Notes under the pieces: model-generated
The model's database searches: none
Seen by the model: only the letters and a program-made list of their open reading frames with translations
What the model was told of the DNA's origin: nothing
From: Candidatus Giovannonibacteria bacterium RIFOXYD1_FULL_48_21
GTDB taxonomy: Bacteria; Patescibacteriota; Minisyncoccia; JACPKW01; UBA11713
Assembly (NCBI GenBank): GCA_001778985.1
Contig: MFIU01000002.1
Coordinates: 139,930 to 203,929, forward strand
Direction of reading: 5' to 3'
DNA length: 64,000 bases
Shown: piece after piece, positions 46,160 to 56,855 of the stretch
Numbering within the stretch: position 1 is the stretch's first letter
How the letters are laid out: every line of letters begins with the position of its first letter
Position numbers and translations under genes: made by a program

Positions 46160-47159
46160 ACGGCAGTTTTACGCCGAGCCGCTCGCAATCCGCCTTCAGG
46201 ATAATTCTAACCAATTCCTTGAATTTCACTTTCGGCTCCCATCCTAATTTCGTCCTCGCTTTCGAAGCGTCTCCAACCAGCGTGTCTATTTCCACCGGCC
46301 GATAATAGATAGGGTCAATCCCGATATATTTTTCCCAATCGCCTATCCCGGCGGTTCGAAACGCCTCTTCGACAAATTCTTTTACGCTGTGATTCTCGCC
46401 GGTGGCAATCACGTAATCATCCGGTTCGTCCCGCTGGAGCATCCGCCACATGGCCTCGACGTATTCCGGCGCGTATCCCCAGTCCCTTTTCGCTTCCAGA
46501 TTGCCCAGATATATTTTTTTGCGCTGGCCGGCTAAAATTTCCGCGATACCCGTGGTGATTTTTCTGGTGACAAAATTCTCTCCCCGGCGCGGCGATTCAT
46601 GATTAAACAGGATGCCGCTTGAAACATGAAGTCCGTAGCCCTCGCGGTAGTTAAGGGCGGTTTGGTGCGCCAAAACTTTCGCGACGCCGTAGGGGCTCAC
46701 GGGGTTAAAGGGCGTTTGTTCATTTTGCGGGTTTTCTTTCGCGCGTCCGAACATTTCGGAAGAAGAAGCCTGGTAAAAGCGACTTTTAAATCCGTTTTCG
46801 CGCAAGGCCTCCAAAAGCCTAAGCGTGCCGAGGGCCACCGTATTGGTCGTGTATTCGGGAATCTCAAAGCTGATGCGCACATGGCTCTGCGCTCCCAAGT
46901 TGTAAATCTCGTCCGGCTTTATGGCGGCGAGCAGATGAATCAGACTGCCCGCGTCAGTCAAATCGCCGTGGTGCAGAATCAGCTGATTCAAGTGCCGCTG
47001 GGCATCCTTGTAAAGATGTTCGATTCGAGCGCGGTTATAAATGCTGGTGCGCCTGACCAACCCGTGCACTTCGTATCCTTTCTCCAGCAAAAGTTCGGCA
47101 AGGTATGAACCATCCTGGCCGGTGATGCCGGTGATTAGGGCTTTTTTAGCTTTATTCAT
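46140..47159 (-). CDS. gmd: GDP-mannose 4,6-dehydratase
   Basis: [50 protein letters not shown]. Confidence 0.96.
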   Translation of the reverse strand: MNKAKKALITGITGQDGSYLAELLLEKGYEVHGLVRRTSIYNRARIEHLYKDAQRHLNQLILHHGDLTDAGSLIHLLAAIKPDEIYNLGAQSHVRISFEIPEYTTNTVALGTLRLLEALRENGFKSRFYQASSSEMFGRAKENPQNEQTPFNPVSPYGVAKVLAHQTALNYREGYGLHVSSGILFNHESPRRGENFVTRKITTGIAEILAGQRKKIYLGNLEAKRDWGYAPEYVEAMWRMLQRDEPDDYVIATGENHSVKEFVEEAFRTAGIGDWEKYIGIDPIYYRPVEIDTLVGDASKARTKLGWEPKVKFKELVRIILKADCERLGVKLPYENQTG

Positions 47160-47163
47160 CGTT

Positions 47164-48882
47164 CTAATCTTTAACTAAAGTAATAATAGTCCAGTCTCGG
47201 CCTCTGACGCTAATCTTATTTTTTGCGGCGCTAACCTTAAATCGCTTCTCAATTAAACGCAGAAGTTCGGGGTCGCGTTCTTCAGGTATCTCGCGTTCTG
47301 ATTCCGGAAACATTATCACCGCGGGCGGCTCATTCCTGCTTTCTCCGGTAACGATGTCGCGGGTGGGTTCATAGATGGGCGGAAAAGTTTTTCGCCACCA
47401 AAGGTATAAATTCGAAAGCCGCTGATGCTTTTGAAGAAATTCCGGCAAGGGATAATCAGCCGCGTCCAGAAGCGCTCCGGCGGTTCGAAAATGAAAGAAT
47501 CCGGCCTCGCCGAAATATTGAGTCAACTCCTCGTCAAAGGCGTTAAGAGCATGGCGATGGTTTCCCCAATAGTGGAAAGACGCCTCGCCGTAGGCGTATT
47601 TTGAATCAGTGGTCCAAATGGCATACTTGCCATCCGGTATCAAAGCGTTCAGTTCTTTTTCGGTTTCTTCCATGGCGGCCAGACTGGTTTGAATCAGTCG
47701 GTTTCGATATAAAACATGTCCGCTTATTGATTCAATTAAGAGCAAAACTCCTAATGCCGCGAGAAAAAAACGCCATTTTGTCGAACCAAGGTTCGGCAGG
47801 TTCGACAAAGTTATCTGGGCAAGAAACGGCAGGATAACGAGCGCGGGCGCCGTGTTTCTGACGATAACCCCGAGCTCTTCTCCCGCCGCCAGATTAGAAG
47901 AAATATCGCCGAGAGAAACCAATGAATAAGCCAGGGCGCAGATTCCCAAGAAGGAAAAAGAGGAACGAGCTAAGACCGCGCTCTCGTTTCGGCGCCGCAT
48001 TATAAAATCGACAAGAGTTATTAGAAAAATAAAGATAAGAGCGAGAATAGTGAAAACAAAAATTGGCCTTACGGTCAAAAACGTGTAAATATTAGAGCCG
48101 AGGGTGACGAGGAAATACCGAAGACCGGAGGAGGCGATGTTATCGCGCAAAAGCGAAGAGTTGATGATGGCCGGCAGACGATACAGCACCGGGGATACAA
48201 AGACAAGAAAAGCGCCGAGCGCCAAAAACGGCAGAGAAAAAATAACTCGAAGTTCCGCTCGATTCTTGTTGAGAAAAGCGGAGAAAAGAAGCGAAAACCA
48301 GAGTGGTATTATCAAAAGTAAAAATGAATATTTGATCGCGATGACAAATCCAAATAAAATTCCGCCCAGGACAAGAAACCAGACCGGCTTTTTTTCTTTC
48401 GAGAGCAAAATCCAGATGAGGCTTGCGAGCGGCAGACCCAAAGCCACAATCACTGCGTCAGACCCGAGATAGTTTTGATAAGTAAGAAAAGACGGAAAAG
48501 ACATAACCAAAGCCAAGAGGAAAAATGAAACGCCGAAATCAAGATGTTTCAGAATAAACCAGATAAAAATTAGAAGGGCGGAAAAATTAAAAAGCATGAG
48601 GAAAAGATAACCCAAATCCAGAAAGCGCTGGGTGTCGGCCAGATCGTCGCCCGCCAGAAGCATCAATTTGCTCAAGAAATAATAAAGCGGCGTGCCCGGA
48701 TGCTGAACAAAATAAGACGGGAGGTCGCGGTACATGAGGCGGGCATTATAGTAATAATCATTTTCGAGGTCGGTGGTTTGAATATAGTAAGGCCGCGGCA
48801 CTAAAACCGCCGCATAAAGAAAAAGGGCGGCAAGATACAAAGCCGCCAGAAAAATAAGCGCCGGGACTTTCAATTTCTCCAT
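47164..48882 (-). CDS. polytopic membrane protein, possible GT-C glycosyltransferase
   Basis: more than ten TM helices, [10 protein letters not shown] and HPGTP loop, extracytoplasmic C-terminal domain. Confidence 0.5.
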   Translation of the reverse strand: MEKLKVPALIFLAALYLAALFLYAAVLVPRPYYIQTTDLENDYYYNARLMYRDLPSYFVQHPGTPLYYFLSKLMLLAGDDLADTQRFLDLGYLFLMLFNFSALLIFIWFILKHLDFGVSFFLLALVMSFPSFLTYQNYLGSDAVIVALGLPLASLIWILLSKEKKPVWFLVLGGILFGFVIAIKYSFLLLIIPLWFSLLFSAFLNKNRAELRVIFSLPFLALGAFLVFVSPVLYRLPAIINSSLLRDNIASSGLRYFLVTLGSNIYTFLTVRPIFVFTILALIFIFLITLVDFIMRRRNESAVLARSSFSFLGICALAYSLVSLGDISSNLAAGEELGVIVRNTAPALVILPFLAQITLSNLPNLGSTKWRFFLAALGVLLLIESISGHVLYRNRLIQTSLAAMEETEKELNALIPDGKYAIWTTDSKYAYGEASFHYWGNHRHALNAFDEELTQYFGEAGFFHFRTAGALLDAADYPLPEFLQKHQRLSNLYLWWRKTFPPIYEPTRDIVTGESRNEPPAVIMFPESEREIPEERDPELLRLIEKRFKVSAAKNKISVRGRDWTIITLVKD

Positions 48883-48893
48883 CTCTCTAAAAT

Positions 48894-50723
48894 TTACACT
48901 ATTTTATTTATCTTGTAAAAATAAGAGTCTTTGGCTTTCAGAAGTTCTTGGGGCGGGCCTTCTTCCTGAACCCGTCCTTCTTGAAGCACTAAAAGTCTGT
49001 CCGCTTTCAGGATGGTGGAAACGCGATGGGCTATTGCCATAATAGTAACATCTCCTTTTAAACGCTCCAGAGCTTTCTGAATCAGGGCTTCAGATTCGGC
49101 ATCCAGAGCGCTCGTGGCTTCGTCTAAAATTAAAATGGCCGGTTTTCGCGCCAAGGCCCGCGCCAAAGCAATTCTCTGTTTTTCGCCCCCGGAAAGCCTG
49201 ACGCCCCGCTCGCCCAAAACGGTGTTAAAACCATTTTCCAACTTCCCAATAAATTCATAAATATTCGCCAGTTTGGCCGCGCGCTCTGTATCAGCTTGGG
49301 TTATGCTTTCGTCATAAAACTTTATATTTTGGGCCACCGTGTCATTCAGCAAAAAAATATCCTGCGAAACGTATCCGATATTCCGGCGCCATTCGCTTAA
49401 TTTAATTTCTCTTAGGTCAACTCCGTCCAAGAGAATCTCTCCGGATTGCGGCTGGAAAAGCCGAAGCAGTAAATCAACCACCGTGGTTTTTCCGGCGCCG
49501 GAAGGGCCGATGATCCCGATGAATTCTCCTCTTTTTATCTCAAAGCTTACCTCTTTCAAAACAGGCGTCCTCGCATCGTAAGAGAATCTGACGTCTTTAA
49601 ATTCCAATTTACTTTCAAGAGAGAAATCTCGCACGCCCGCATCTTGCTCCTGATTCTTCTCAATCTTATTCTCTAGAGAAACCACGTTAACTAAATATGG
49701 AATGAAATCGTTGACGGTGTGAATGGATTTTTGGGCGGTGTTTACGTGAATAAATATGCGCTGAATTAGATAAACCGTGGCAGCGAAAATAGCCAAATTA
49801 AAGCCGGGTTGAGCGTAGGAAATAGCAAATACAATAATAATAAATAAAATGCTCAGGGGCGACACAAGCGACCCGAAAATATTCTTCACGACAGCTTGAC
49901 GCAAGGTAATTTCCCGAACCTTTCTAAAAAATTCCCTCCCTCTATCGGCCACGCTTCTTTCCGCGCCGGCGACCTTAATGGTTTTTATTCCCGAAACATG
50001 CTCGTTGATGTGGTGCGCAATGTCTTTGTTAAACACCGTCTGCCATTTGGTATAAAGCCTGGTTCTTTGCATAAAAAACTGCGCAATCACAAAAATGGCC
50101 AAACCAACAGACAGGGTGATAAGCGCGATGCGATAAGAAATACTGATTGCCACCACGGCATAGACCGCCAGCATGCTTAGATCCAAAATAAGAGAGATTA
50201 ACTCCCCCATTAATTTGGCGGACATCCGGATATCCAGCATCAAAGTATTTTCCAGATGCCCAATTTTTTGTTTTAAAAGGTAGGGCCAATCGGCAGCGAG
50301 CGCCTTCTGGTAAAGCCGATTCCTAGTTTCAAATTCGAAAGAGGTGCCGACACTGGTGCCAATATAAGCAAATAAAACAGACAAACCAGCTTTGGCGGCA
50401 AAGAAAATCGGTACCAGGGTCAAAAGCCAAACCATGTCATAATTAACTTCCCCCAGCCAGTTTTTTAAAAAAACAACAAAAAACTCCGGCCGCAAATTAA
50501 CCAAATAGGCAAAAAATGATTTTATAATCCCGGAGAGAGTATCCGTCTCCAGCACGCTTTCTCCCACCACAATGGAAAAAATAGGAATCAGCATGCTGAT
50601 GCCGATTGATTCCAAAAAACCGCTCAAGAGCCCGAGCGCGGCCAAAAGCAGAATATAAAATTTATAGCCGCCGAAAAGGCGGCCAAAAAGATTTAGGGCA
50701 AACTTAACCCGTCTGCGAAGCAT
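48894..50723 (-). CDS. ABC transporter permease/ATPase (MsbA/PglK-like flippase)
   Basis: GPSGAGKTT, YVSQD, LSGGEKQR, ILDEATSALD. Confidence 0.9.
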   Translation of the reverse strand: MLRRRVKFALNLFGRLFGGYKFYILLLAALGLLSGFLESIGISMLIPIFSIVVGESVLETDTLSGIIKSFFAYLVNLRPEFFVVFLKNWLGEVNYDMVWLLTLVPIFFAAKAGLSVLFAYIGTSVGTSFEFETRNRLYQKALAADWPYLLKQKIGHLENTLMLDIRMSAKLMGELISLILDLSMLAVYAVVAISISYRIALITLSVGLAIFVIAQFFMQRTRLYTKWQTVFNKDIAHHINEHVSGIKTIKVAGAERSVADRGREFFRKVREITLRQAVVKNIFGSLVSPLSILFIIIVFAISYAQPGFNLAIFAATVYLIQRIFIHVNTAQKSIHTVNDFIPYLVNVVSLENKIEKNQEQDAGVRDFSLESKLEFKDVRFSYDARTPVLKEVSFEIKRGEFIGIIGPSGAGKTTVVDLLLRLFQPQSGEILLDGVDLREIKLSEWRRNIGYVSQDIFLLNDTVAQNIKFYDESITQADTERAAKLANIYEFIGKLENGFNTVLGERGVRLSGGEKQRIALARALARKPAILILDEATSALDAESEALIQKALERLKGDVTIMAIAHRVSTILKADRLLVLQEGRVQEEGPPQELLKAKDSYFYKINKIV

Positions 50724-50748
50724 ACTTTATATAACTCCGGGGTGAAGG

Positions 50749-51885
50749 TCAAGTTCTCAAAGTCGCCTCGCGAACCGCGGCTTTAACGCCAGCAACGATA
50801 TAATCCAGGTCTTTTCGCGTGAGCCACCAGCCGCACGGAATATTGAGCATTCTTGAGCAAAAATCGTCCACGCCCAGGAGATCATCTCGCCTCCACGTTT
50901 TAAAAAGCGAGTAATTGTCATTGCGAGTATGCACTATTCCGTTTCCAATGCCTCTTTCGCGAAGAGCTTTGGAAAATTCGGCTCGATAATTCTCGTCAGG
51001 AAGCTTAATGGTGAAAAGCCAAAAACTGGATTTTCCGCCCGGCGTGGTTTTGGGCAGTGCTATTTCCTTAATCCCGCGAAGATGCTCTAAAAGATAACTC
51101 GCGTTTTTTTGATATTTAGCGACGATTTTTGGCATATATTTTAATTGCTCTATGCCAATCGTCCCGTTAACGTCGTTCATGTGCATTTTATAGCCGGGTT
51201 CCATAACATCGCCCGACCATTTTATCGGGTCGCTGGTGCTGCTTCTGGCGTTGCCATACCAGCGAAGCAAAATCGCGCGCCGATATTCTTCCGGGGTCTT
51301 AACCGCAACCGCTCCGCCATCTACCGTGGTGAGATGTTTTATGGCCTGAAAAGAAAAACAAACGTAATCAGAGTGATTGCCAATATATTTCCCGTCATAT
51401 TTTGTTCCAAAAGCATGAGCGGCATCTTCTATCACTTTAAGATTGTGCTTTTTGGCGATTTTAGAAATTGATTTCAAATCAACCGGATTGCCAGCCCAAT
51501 GAACCACCACAATGGCCTTAGTCCTGGGAGTGATTCGCTTTTCTACAGAGGGCGGATCGATATTGCCGGTTGTTTTATCTATATCCGCCCAAATAATCTT
51601 TGCCCCGGTCAGCATTATCGGCTCATTAGTGGCAAGGCAAGTCATTGGCGTGGATATAACTTCGTCGCCGGGTCCGAAACCGGCCAGCCGGTAGGCCAAA
51701 GACAAGGCGCTCGTGCCGCTGTTTACCAACGCCACATTAGGATTCCCTATATATTCTTGGAACTTTTTTTCGAATTCATGAGATTTTTCGCCCTCGCTTA
51801 TATATCCGGACAATAAAATTTTGCCGAGCGGCTTTAGAACCGACTTCGGCATATGCACTTTAAACAAAGGAATTTGACGCTTCAT
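50749..51885 (-). CDS. DegT/DnrJ/EryC1/StrS sugar aminotransferase
   Basis: NSGTSAL, EDAAHAFG, SFQAIKHLTTVDGG (catalytic Lys). Confidence 0.92.
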   Translation of the reverse strand: MKRQIPLFKVHMPKSVLKPLGKILLSGYISEGEKSHEFEKKFQEYIGNPNVALVNSGTSALSLAYRLAGFGPGDEVISTPMTCLATNEPIMLTGAKIIWADIDKTTGNIDPPSVEKRITPRTKAIVVVHWAGNPVDLKSISKIAKKHNLKVIEDAAHAFGTKYDGKYIGNHSDYVCFSFQAIKHLTTVDGGAVAVKTPEEYRRAILLRWYGNARSSTSDPIKWSGDVMEPGYKMHMNDVNGTIGIEQLKYMPKIVAKYQKNASYLLEHLRGIKEIALPKTTPGGKSSFWLFTIKLPDENYRAEFSKALRERGIGNGIVHTRNDNYSLFKTWRRDDLLGVDDFCSRMLNIPCGWWLTRKDLDYIVAGVKAAVREATLRT

Positions 51886-51929
51886 GTTTTAAACAATAAT
51901 CCTTTTTGCTATAATAATCAACGCATCTT

Positions 51930-53411
51930 ATGGCAAATCGCACCGTAATCTATACGGCAATATTCGGCAGCTACGATGAGTTACAAGAACCTGCGGCATT
52001 GCCGCCGGATTGCGATTTTATATGTTTTACCGATAAGCCCCAAAAATCAAAACACTGGCAAATTCGAATCATGGGAATGCCCGTGCCGGGCGACTTAACC
52101 CGCTCCAACCGCCGCATTAAGATGTTAGCGCACGAATATTTTCCGGAATACAAATACAGCGTGTATGTTGACGGCAATGTGCTCGTGCGCGGAGACGTAA
52201 ACGACCTCATTCGCGATTATCTCGCGAAGACAAACATGGCGCTGTATCGCCATGACAGCCGAGATTGCATCTATGACGAGGCGGAAGCCATTATTAAACT
52301 AGGTAAAGAGAAGGGGCGTTGGCAAGACGACCCTTTGGTCATCGAACGGCAGATGGCGCGCTACCGCGCCGAAAGATACCCCCCGCATAACGGGCTCGGT
52401 ACCACTTTGATACTGCTTAGGCGTCACAACGAACCGGACGTGCGGCAAGTTATGGAGGCATGGTGGAACATAGAGAGAGGCGAAAGCAAGCGCGACCAGC
52501 TTTCTTTTAACTACGCGGCCTGGAAACACAATTTTGCTTTTTCGTATATTTCAGGATACTCGCGCGACAACCCTTACTTTCTTCGCCATAGAGGCCATCA
52601 CAAGCCGCCCCAAAAAGGAATCAAGTCGTATTTAAAACGCGTCATCAGCGCCATCCGTCAGCGGGTGCGCTTTTGGAGCACGTACGGATTCCGGTTTTCC
52701 TGTCCATTCTGCGGATGGCGGGCGCAAAAGTTCTACACGCTTGGCCTCACTCACGCGGTGCTTGCGGAAAAGCAAGTGATTGGCGCCGGCAAACGCCAAA
52801 ACGCCAAATGTCCGAAATGCGGCTCCAAAGAACGAGAACGGCTCATATATCTTTATCTCAAACAATATGGTTGGTTCAATGTTGAAAAGCGCCGCGTGCT
52901 CCATGTGGCGCCTGAACGAAACCTTAGCCAGGCGCTTCAAGCAAAATACGGAGAATCGTACGTAAACACCAACTATAATCCGAAAAAAAATACATCAATT
53001 CACGCCGATATTCAGGCACTCCCCTTTCCAGATCAGTCATTTGATCTCATTATCTGCAGCCACGTGCTTGAGCATGTGGAAGACGACGCTCTAGCTATGC
53101 GAGAATTTTATCGCGTTTTAAAGACGCGTGGCCTCGCAATACTTCCAGTTCCATTTTCTCCCATGTTTAAAGAAACGCTTGAGGACGGTTCCGTTACCTC
53201 GCCGGAGGAGCGCGCACGAATTTTCGGACAAGAAGACCATGTTCGGCTCTATGGTACCGACTACCTGGGGCGGCTTCAAAACGCCGGCTTTAAAGCCTGC
53301 GCGCTTTTGCCGGAGCAATTTCTGACTTCAGGAGAAATCAAAAAAGCCGCGCTTAATCCGCGAGAGCCGCTCTTCCTTGCCGCTCGCGAAAAAAATCCAT
53401 GTCAGAGATGA
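51930..53411 (+). CDS. fusion of a DUF616-like glycosyltransferase and a Zn-ribbon/class I SAM methyltransferase
   Basis: YTAIFGSYD, YVDGN, RDCIYDEA, RDQLSFNY; then CPFC..CPKC, LHVAPE, CSHVLEHVEDD, FGQEDHVR. Confidence 0.8.
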   Translation: MANRTVIYTAIFGSYDELQEPAALPPDCDFICFTDKPQKSKHWQIRIMGMPVPGDLTRSNRRIKMLAHEYFPEYKYSVYVDGNVLVRGDVNDLIRDYLAKTNMALYRHDSRDCIYDEAEAIIKLGKEKGRWQDDPLVIERQMARYRAERYPPHNGLGTTLILLRRHNEPDVRQVMEAWWNIERGESKRDQLSFNYAAWKHNFAFSYISGYSRDNPYFLRHRGHHKPPQKGIKSYLKRVISAIRQRVRFWSTYGFRFSCPFCGWRAQKFYTLGLTHAVLAEKQVIGAGKRQNAKCPKCGSKERERLIYLYLKQYGWFNVEKRRVLHVAPERNLSQALQAKYGESYVNTNYNPKKNTSIHADIQALPFPDQSFDLIICSHVLEHVEDDALAMREFYRVLKTRGLAILPVPFSPMFKETLEDGSVTSPEERARIFGQEDHVRLYGTDYLGRLQNAGFKACALLPEQFLTSGEIKKAALNPREPLFLAAREKNPCQR

Positions 53412-54298
53412 AGCACATCGGAATTATTGGTATCGGATACCAAGGTAGAAAACTCGCCGATATTTTTTCTTCGCAAGCAGAAATTGTTATGTGCGCTTCG
53501 CGCGGTAATGCCGAACGCATTGCCGCATTGAAAAAACGCCATCCGTCAATTGCTGTAACGAATGATTATCGTGACCTACTTTCCGACAGCAAAATTGAGG
53601 GCGTTGTAATCGCCACACCGATTGATACCCATGCCGCGATGGCAAGCGAAGCGCTTAAGGCCGGCAAACACGTTTTTGTGGAAAAGCCGCTGGCGACTGA
53701 CAAAAAAACCGCCCGCGCCCTCGTCGAGGAAGCAGGCGCTCATAACCTAAGTATATTCACTGGGTACACATTTCTCTATCATCCCTGCTTTTTTGAGCTC
53801 CAGCGCATTCTTCGTGACCGCCCCATCGAGTCCTTATACGCCTCGTGGTACAAATGCGGCAGTTTTAATGAAGATATTTTATGGAATCTCCTCGTCCATG
53901 ATATCGCCATTGTGATAGCGCTTTGCGGCGAGCCGCGGAAACTTACGCTTGAAGGAACATACCGGGCTATAACAGACGCCGATGTCGCATACGTCCACGG
54001 CGTCTTCGGGAATAATACGCCAGCCACGTTCACAGTTGACCGCATTGCGCCGGTACGCTCAAAACTCATAGAGTTTGTTCTCGCTGACCGCATTGTAGCC
54101 TGGCACGGAGATACGCTCTCTATTTATGACAATGAAAGTAAAGAATACCGGGAACATTTTACATCTCCATCATCCGATGCGGCGTTAGAAAACGAAATCC
54201 AAATATTCCTTAAAAGCATGGGCAATCCCGCAATAGCGGCCGAAAACGCAAACATCAGCCTTTCCACCACCAGGGCGGTGGAACGCCTCAAGTCTTAA
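53399..54298 (+). CDS. Gfo/Idh/MocA family oxidoreductase
   Basis: GIIGIG, IATPIDTH, GKHVFVEKP, LLVHD. Confidence 0.85.
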   Translation: MSEMKHIGIIGIGYQGRKLADIFSSQAEIVMCASRGNAERIAALKKRHPSIAVTNDYRDLLSDSKIEGVVIATPIDTHAAMASEALKAGKHVFVEKPLATDKKTARALVEEAGAHNLSIFTGYTFLYHPCFFELQRILRDRPIESLYASWYKCGSFNEDILWNLLVHDIAIVIALCGEPRKLTLEGTYRAITDADVAYVHGVFGNNTPATFTVDRIAPVRSKLIEFVLADRIVAWHGDTLSIYDNESKEYREHFTSPSSDAALENEIQIFLKSMGNPAIAAENANISLSTTRAVERLKS

Positions 54299-55340
54299 TG
54301 AGCTCGAGAATCTTATCAGCCGCCTCGACGCAGTTCCCTATCTTGCCGGAGAAAACCGTTATAATTTTATCGTTAATTTTTTCCACAATCGTGGGGCGGG
54401 CATCGGTATCTTCACGGCCGGGCAATACGGTTCGAAACGTATACATCGAGCCGATGTGTTCAGCCTTGCGGATATCCGGAAAAAATACTGCCGCCGATTC
54501 GATTATTTTTGAAAAAATTGTTAATGGGGGATCTTTTATAACCCCACGATTAAGAAGCGACCTAAATTCATCCGGAATAACCGGGTGTGTCCCGATATTC
54601 TGGGCGTGAATGGCGTGCACAACGTGCCCCATCACGAAGTAGCCGCTTCGCCCGAACGGGTCAAAACACGTAAACGGTCCGTCGAGCACAACCACGCTCT
54701 TGCGTGAAAAATTTTGCGGCAATTTTACGACAATTTTCTCGCACAATTCGTATTGATATGAGCGCAATTTGGAAACGTCAAACGCTTCTAAGACCGAGTT
54801 TATTCCCGCGTACGCCGCGACGACCACGAAATCGTAGTGTGATAACATCGAGCGCTCGGCGGGAGTATTGAGAACCAATCTGACCCCCTCTTTTTGAAGG
54901 CGATTTTTGATGCAGGAATAAAGAACTTTGGGGTCGATGGCGTTTTCATTCACTTCAACGCATAAAGCAACTTTCTCCGGCGCGATAACATCAAGACGCA
55001 CCTTGCGATATGGTAATTCAAACGCATCGCACATTTGTAAAAATTGTTCGGCGCTCGTCAAAGAATTCTCTGCGGCAATGCAGTGATAGTGCGTGTTGCC
55101 AGTAATGACCGCCTCCGGATATTCACGCGTAAACGCTTCGGCGCTTGCCTTACACGACTGGATTGTCTCTCGGCTCCTCGGATAGTGATATCCTTGATGG
55201 AGTCGATACTGATTAATTTGCGACGCAGCGTTCAAAATATCCCCACTTTTATCAATCAGGTCCACATCATAGCCCGCTTTTGCAAGCCGGATGGCGGCCG
55301 TAGCTCCAAAAACGCCAGCACCAATTACGCCGATACGCAT
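54288..55340 (-). CDS. FAD-dependent oxidoreductase
   Basis: GAGVFG, NQYRLHQGYHYPRS, DGPF, SGKI; ATG at 55340. Confidence 0.82.
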   Translation of the reverse strand: MRIGVIGAGVFGATAAIRLAKAGYDVDLIDKSGDILNAASQINQYRLHQGYHYPRSRETIQSCKASAEAFTREYPEAVITGNTHYHCIAAENSLTSAEQFLQMCDAFELPYRKVRLDVIAPEKVALCVEVNENAIDPKVLYSCIKNRLQKEGVRLVLNTPAERSMLSHYDFVVVAAYAGINSVLEAFDVSKLRSYQYELCEKIVVKLPQNFSRKSVVVLDGPFTCFDPFGRSGYFVMGHVVHAIHAQNIGTHPVIPDEFRSLLNRGVIKDPPLTIFSKIIESAAVFFPDIRKAEHIGSMYTFRTVLPGREDTDARPTIVEKINDKIITVFSGKIGNCVEAADKILELIKT

Positions 55341-55344
55341 ATTT

Positions 55345-55899
55345 TTAAAAATAATCTGACTCCGGACGTTTAAGCCATTCGCCAAATGTCCCGGCGGTTT
55401 TATCTTTCTCCGACAAAATCGGATTTTTTACGGGCCACTCTATCCCAATATCCGGGTCGTTCCATAAAATCCCGGACTCCGCCTGGCTGTTGTATAAACC
55501 TGTGCACCTATATTGTATTTCGGCGGTATCGGATAAAACAAAAAAACCTCGGGCAAAACCAGCGGGAGCATACACTTGTTTTCTGTTCTCCGCGCTCGCC
55601 TCCACGCCGAACCACCTGCCAAGAGTTTTTGATTTTTTACGTATGTCGACCGCGACCAAAAAAGCCTTTCCTTGCGTTACTCGCATCAATTTACCCATAG
55701 GCGGACTCCACTGAAAGTGCAAACCCCTTAAAACATTTTTCACGGAGCGCGAATGATTGTCTTGCACAAACTCCGAATCTATTCCAAACTCTTTAAACTT
55801 ATCTTTTCGGTATACTTCCATAAAAAAACCTCTCTCATCCTCGAAAACAGACGGAACGACAACATATAAATCTTCAATTGGCGTCTTTTCTACTTTCAT
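55345..55899 (-). CDS. rmlC: dTDP-4-dehydrorhamnose 3,5-epimerase
   Basis: DERGFF, QDNHSRS, LRGLHFQ, GFARGF, WNDPDIGIEWP. Confidence 0.92.
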   Translation of the reverse strand: MKVEKTPIEDLYVVVPSVFEDERGFFMEVYRKDKFKEFGIDSEFVQDNHSRSVKNVLRGLHFQWSPPMGKLMRVTQGKAFLVAVDIRKKSKTLGRWFGVEASAENRKQVYAPAGFARGFFVLSDTAEIQYRCTGLYNSQAESGILWNDPDIGIEWPVKNPILSEKDKTAGTFGEWLKRPESDYF

Positions 55900-56855
55900 T
55901 CTTTAAACAATTTCTTAAAAATTTTAATGTTGTAGAAACGATCCTGGTCAAAATTGAAATTTTTTCCGAGGCACTTATCCAATTCTTCGAGAACGTTTTC
56001 AACTGAACCTTGAAAATTGATTCCCAGCACTTCTTTGGCTTTTTTATTCGAGACTCGGTAATTCCTTATGTCCGGAGTATTATTTATTTCCAACTTCACC
56101 TCGGCTCCGTGCTTTCGTCCAAAATAATCTTTGACTTTATCTGCGGCTTCTCCAACCTGAAAATTCGCGGAAGCCACGTTGAATACTCCGTTAATCCCTA
56201 AAGGTGCCTCCAGGGCTTTGAGGTAAGCTTCAACGGCATCAGAGATAGCTAAGAGCGGCCGCCAGATCGCGGGGTTGTTTACTGTAATCTTATTTTCCGT
56301 TACTGCTTTCATGTACATCGTATTGATAAATAAATCAAAGCGCATGCGGGGGCTGAAGCCGGAGAGAGTCCCTTGCCGCAGACAGATTACAGAGAAATTG
56401 CGGTCAATCAGTTGTAAGGCTCCCAAACCTCCCTGCAATTTGGATATGCTGTAAGGATAAACGCCTCTGGGCGCGTAGTTTTCATCTATCTCCTCTCCGT
56501 CAGTAAAACCGTAAACTGAGCAGGAATCAGCGTAAATGAATCTTTTTACTCCGGCGTGCTTAGCTAGGTAAGCCGCGTGCGCGGGAGCGGAGGCGTTAGC
56601 GATAAAATTTAAATGCGGAGAATACTCCGCCATTGGATCATTGGAAAGGCCGGCTAGAAATATAACGGCGTCAAATCCGCGCATAAAATCAGCCCGCAAA
56701 GAAAGGGAATCTTGTTGAACCACCCTTACGGCCGCGGGCAGGTAATTTCCAAACCAAAGCTGGTCCACCACCACTATCTCGTGGCCGGCTCTGACAAGCT
56801 CTGGTATTAGCCGAGAACCAATATATCCTGCTCCGCCTACAACTAAAATTTTCAT
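55896..56855 (-). CDS. NAD-dependent epimerase/dehydratase
   Basis: GGAGYIGS, LAGLSNDP, SCSVYG, YSISK, SPRMRFDL. Confidence 0.88.
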   Translation of the reverse strand: MKILVVGGAGYIGSRLIPELVRAGHEIVVVDQLWFGNYLPAAVRVVQQDSLSLRADFMRGFDAVIFLAGLSNDPMAEYSPHLNFIANASAPAHAAYLAKHAGVKRFIYADSCSVYGFTDGEEIDENYAPRGVYPYSISKLQGGLGALQLIDRNFSVICLRQGTLSGFSPRMRFDLFINTMYMKAVTENKITVNNPAIWRPLLAISDAVEAYLKALEAPLGINGVFNVASANFQVGEAADKVKDYFGRKHGAEVKLEINNTPDIRNYRVSNKKAKEVLGINFQGSVENVLEELDKCLGKNFNFDQDRFYNIKIFKKLFKE

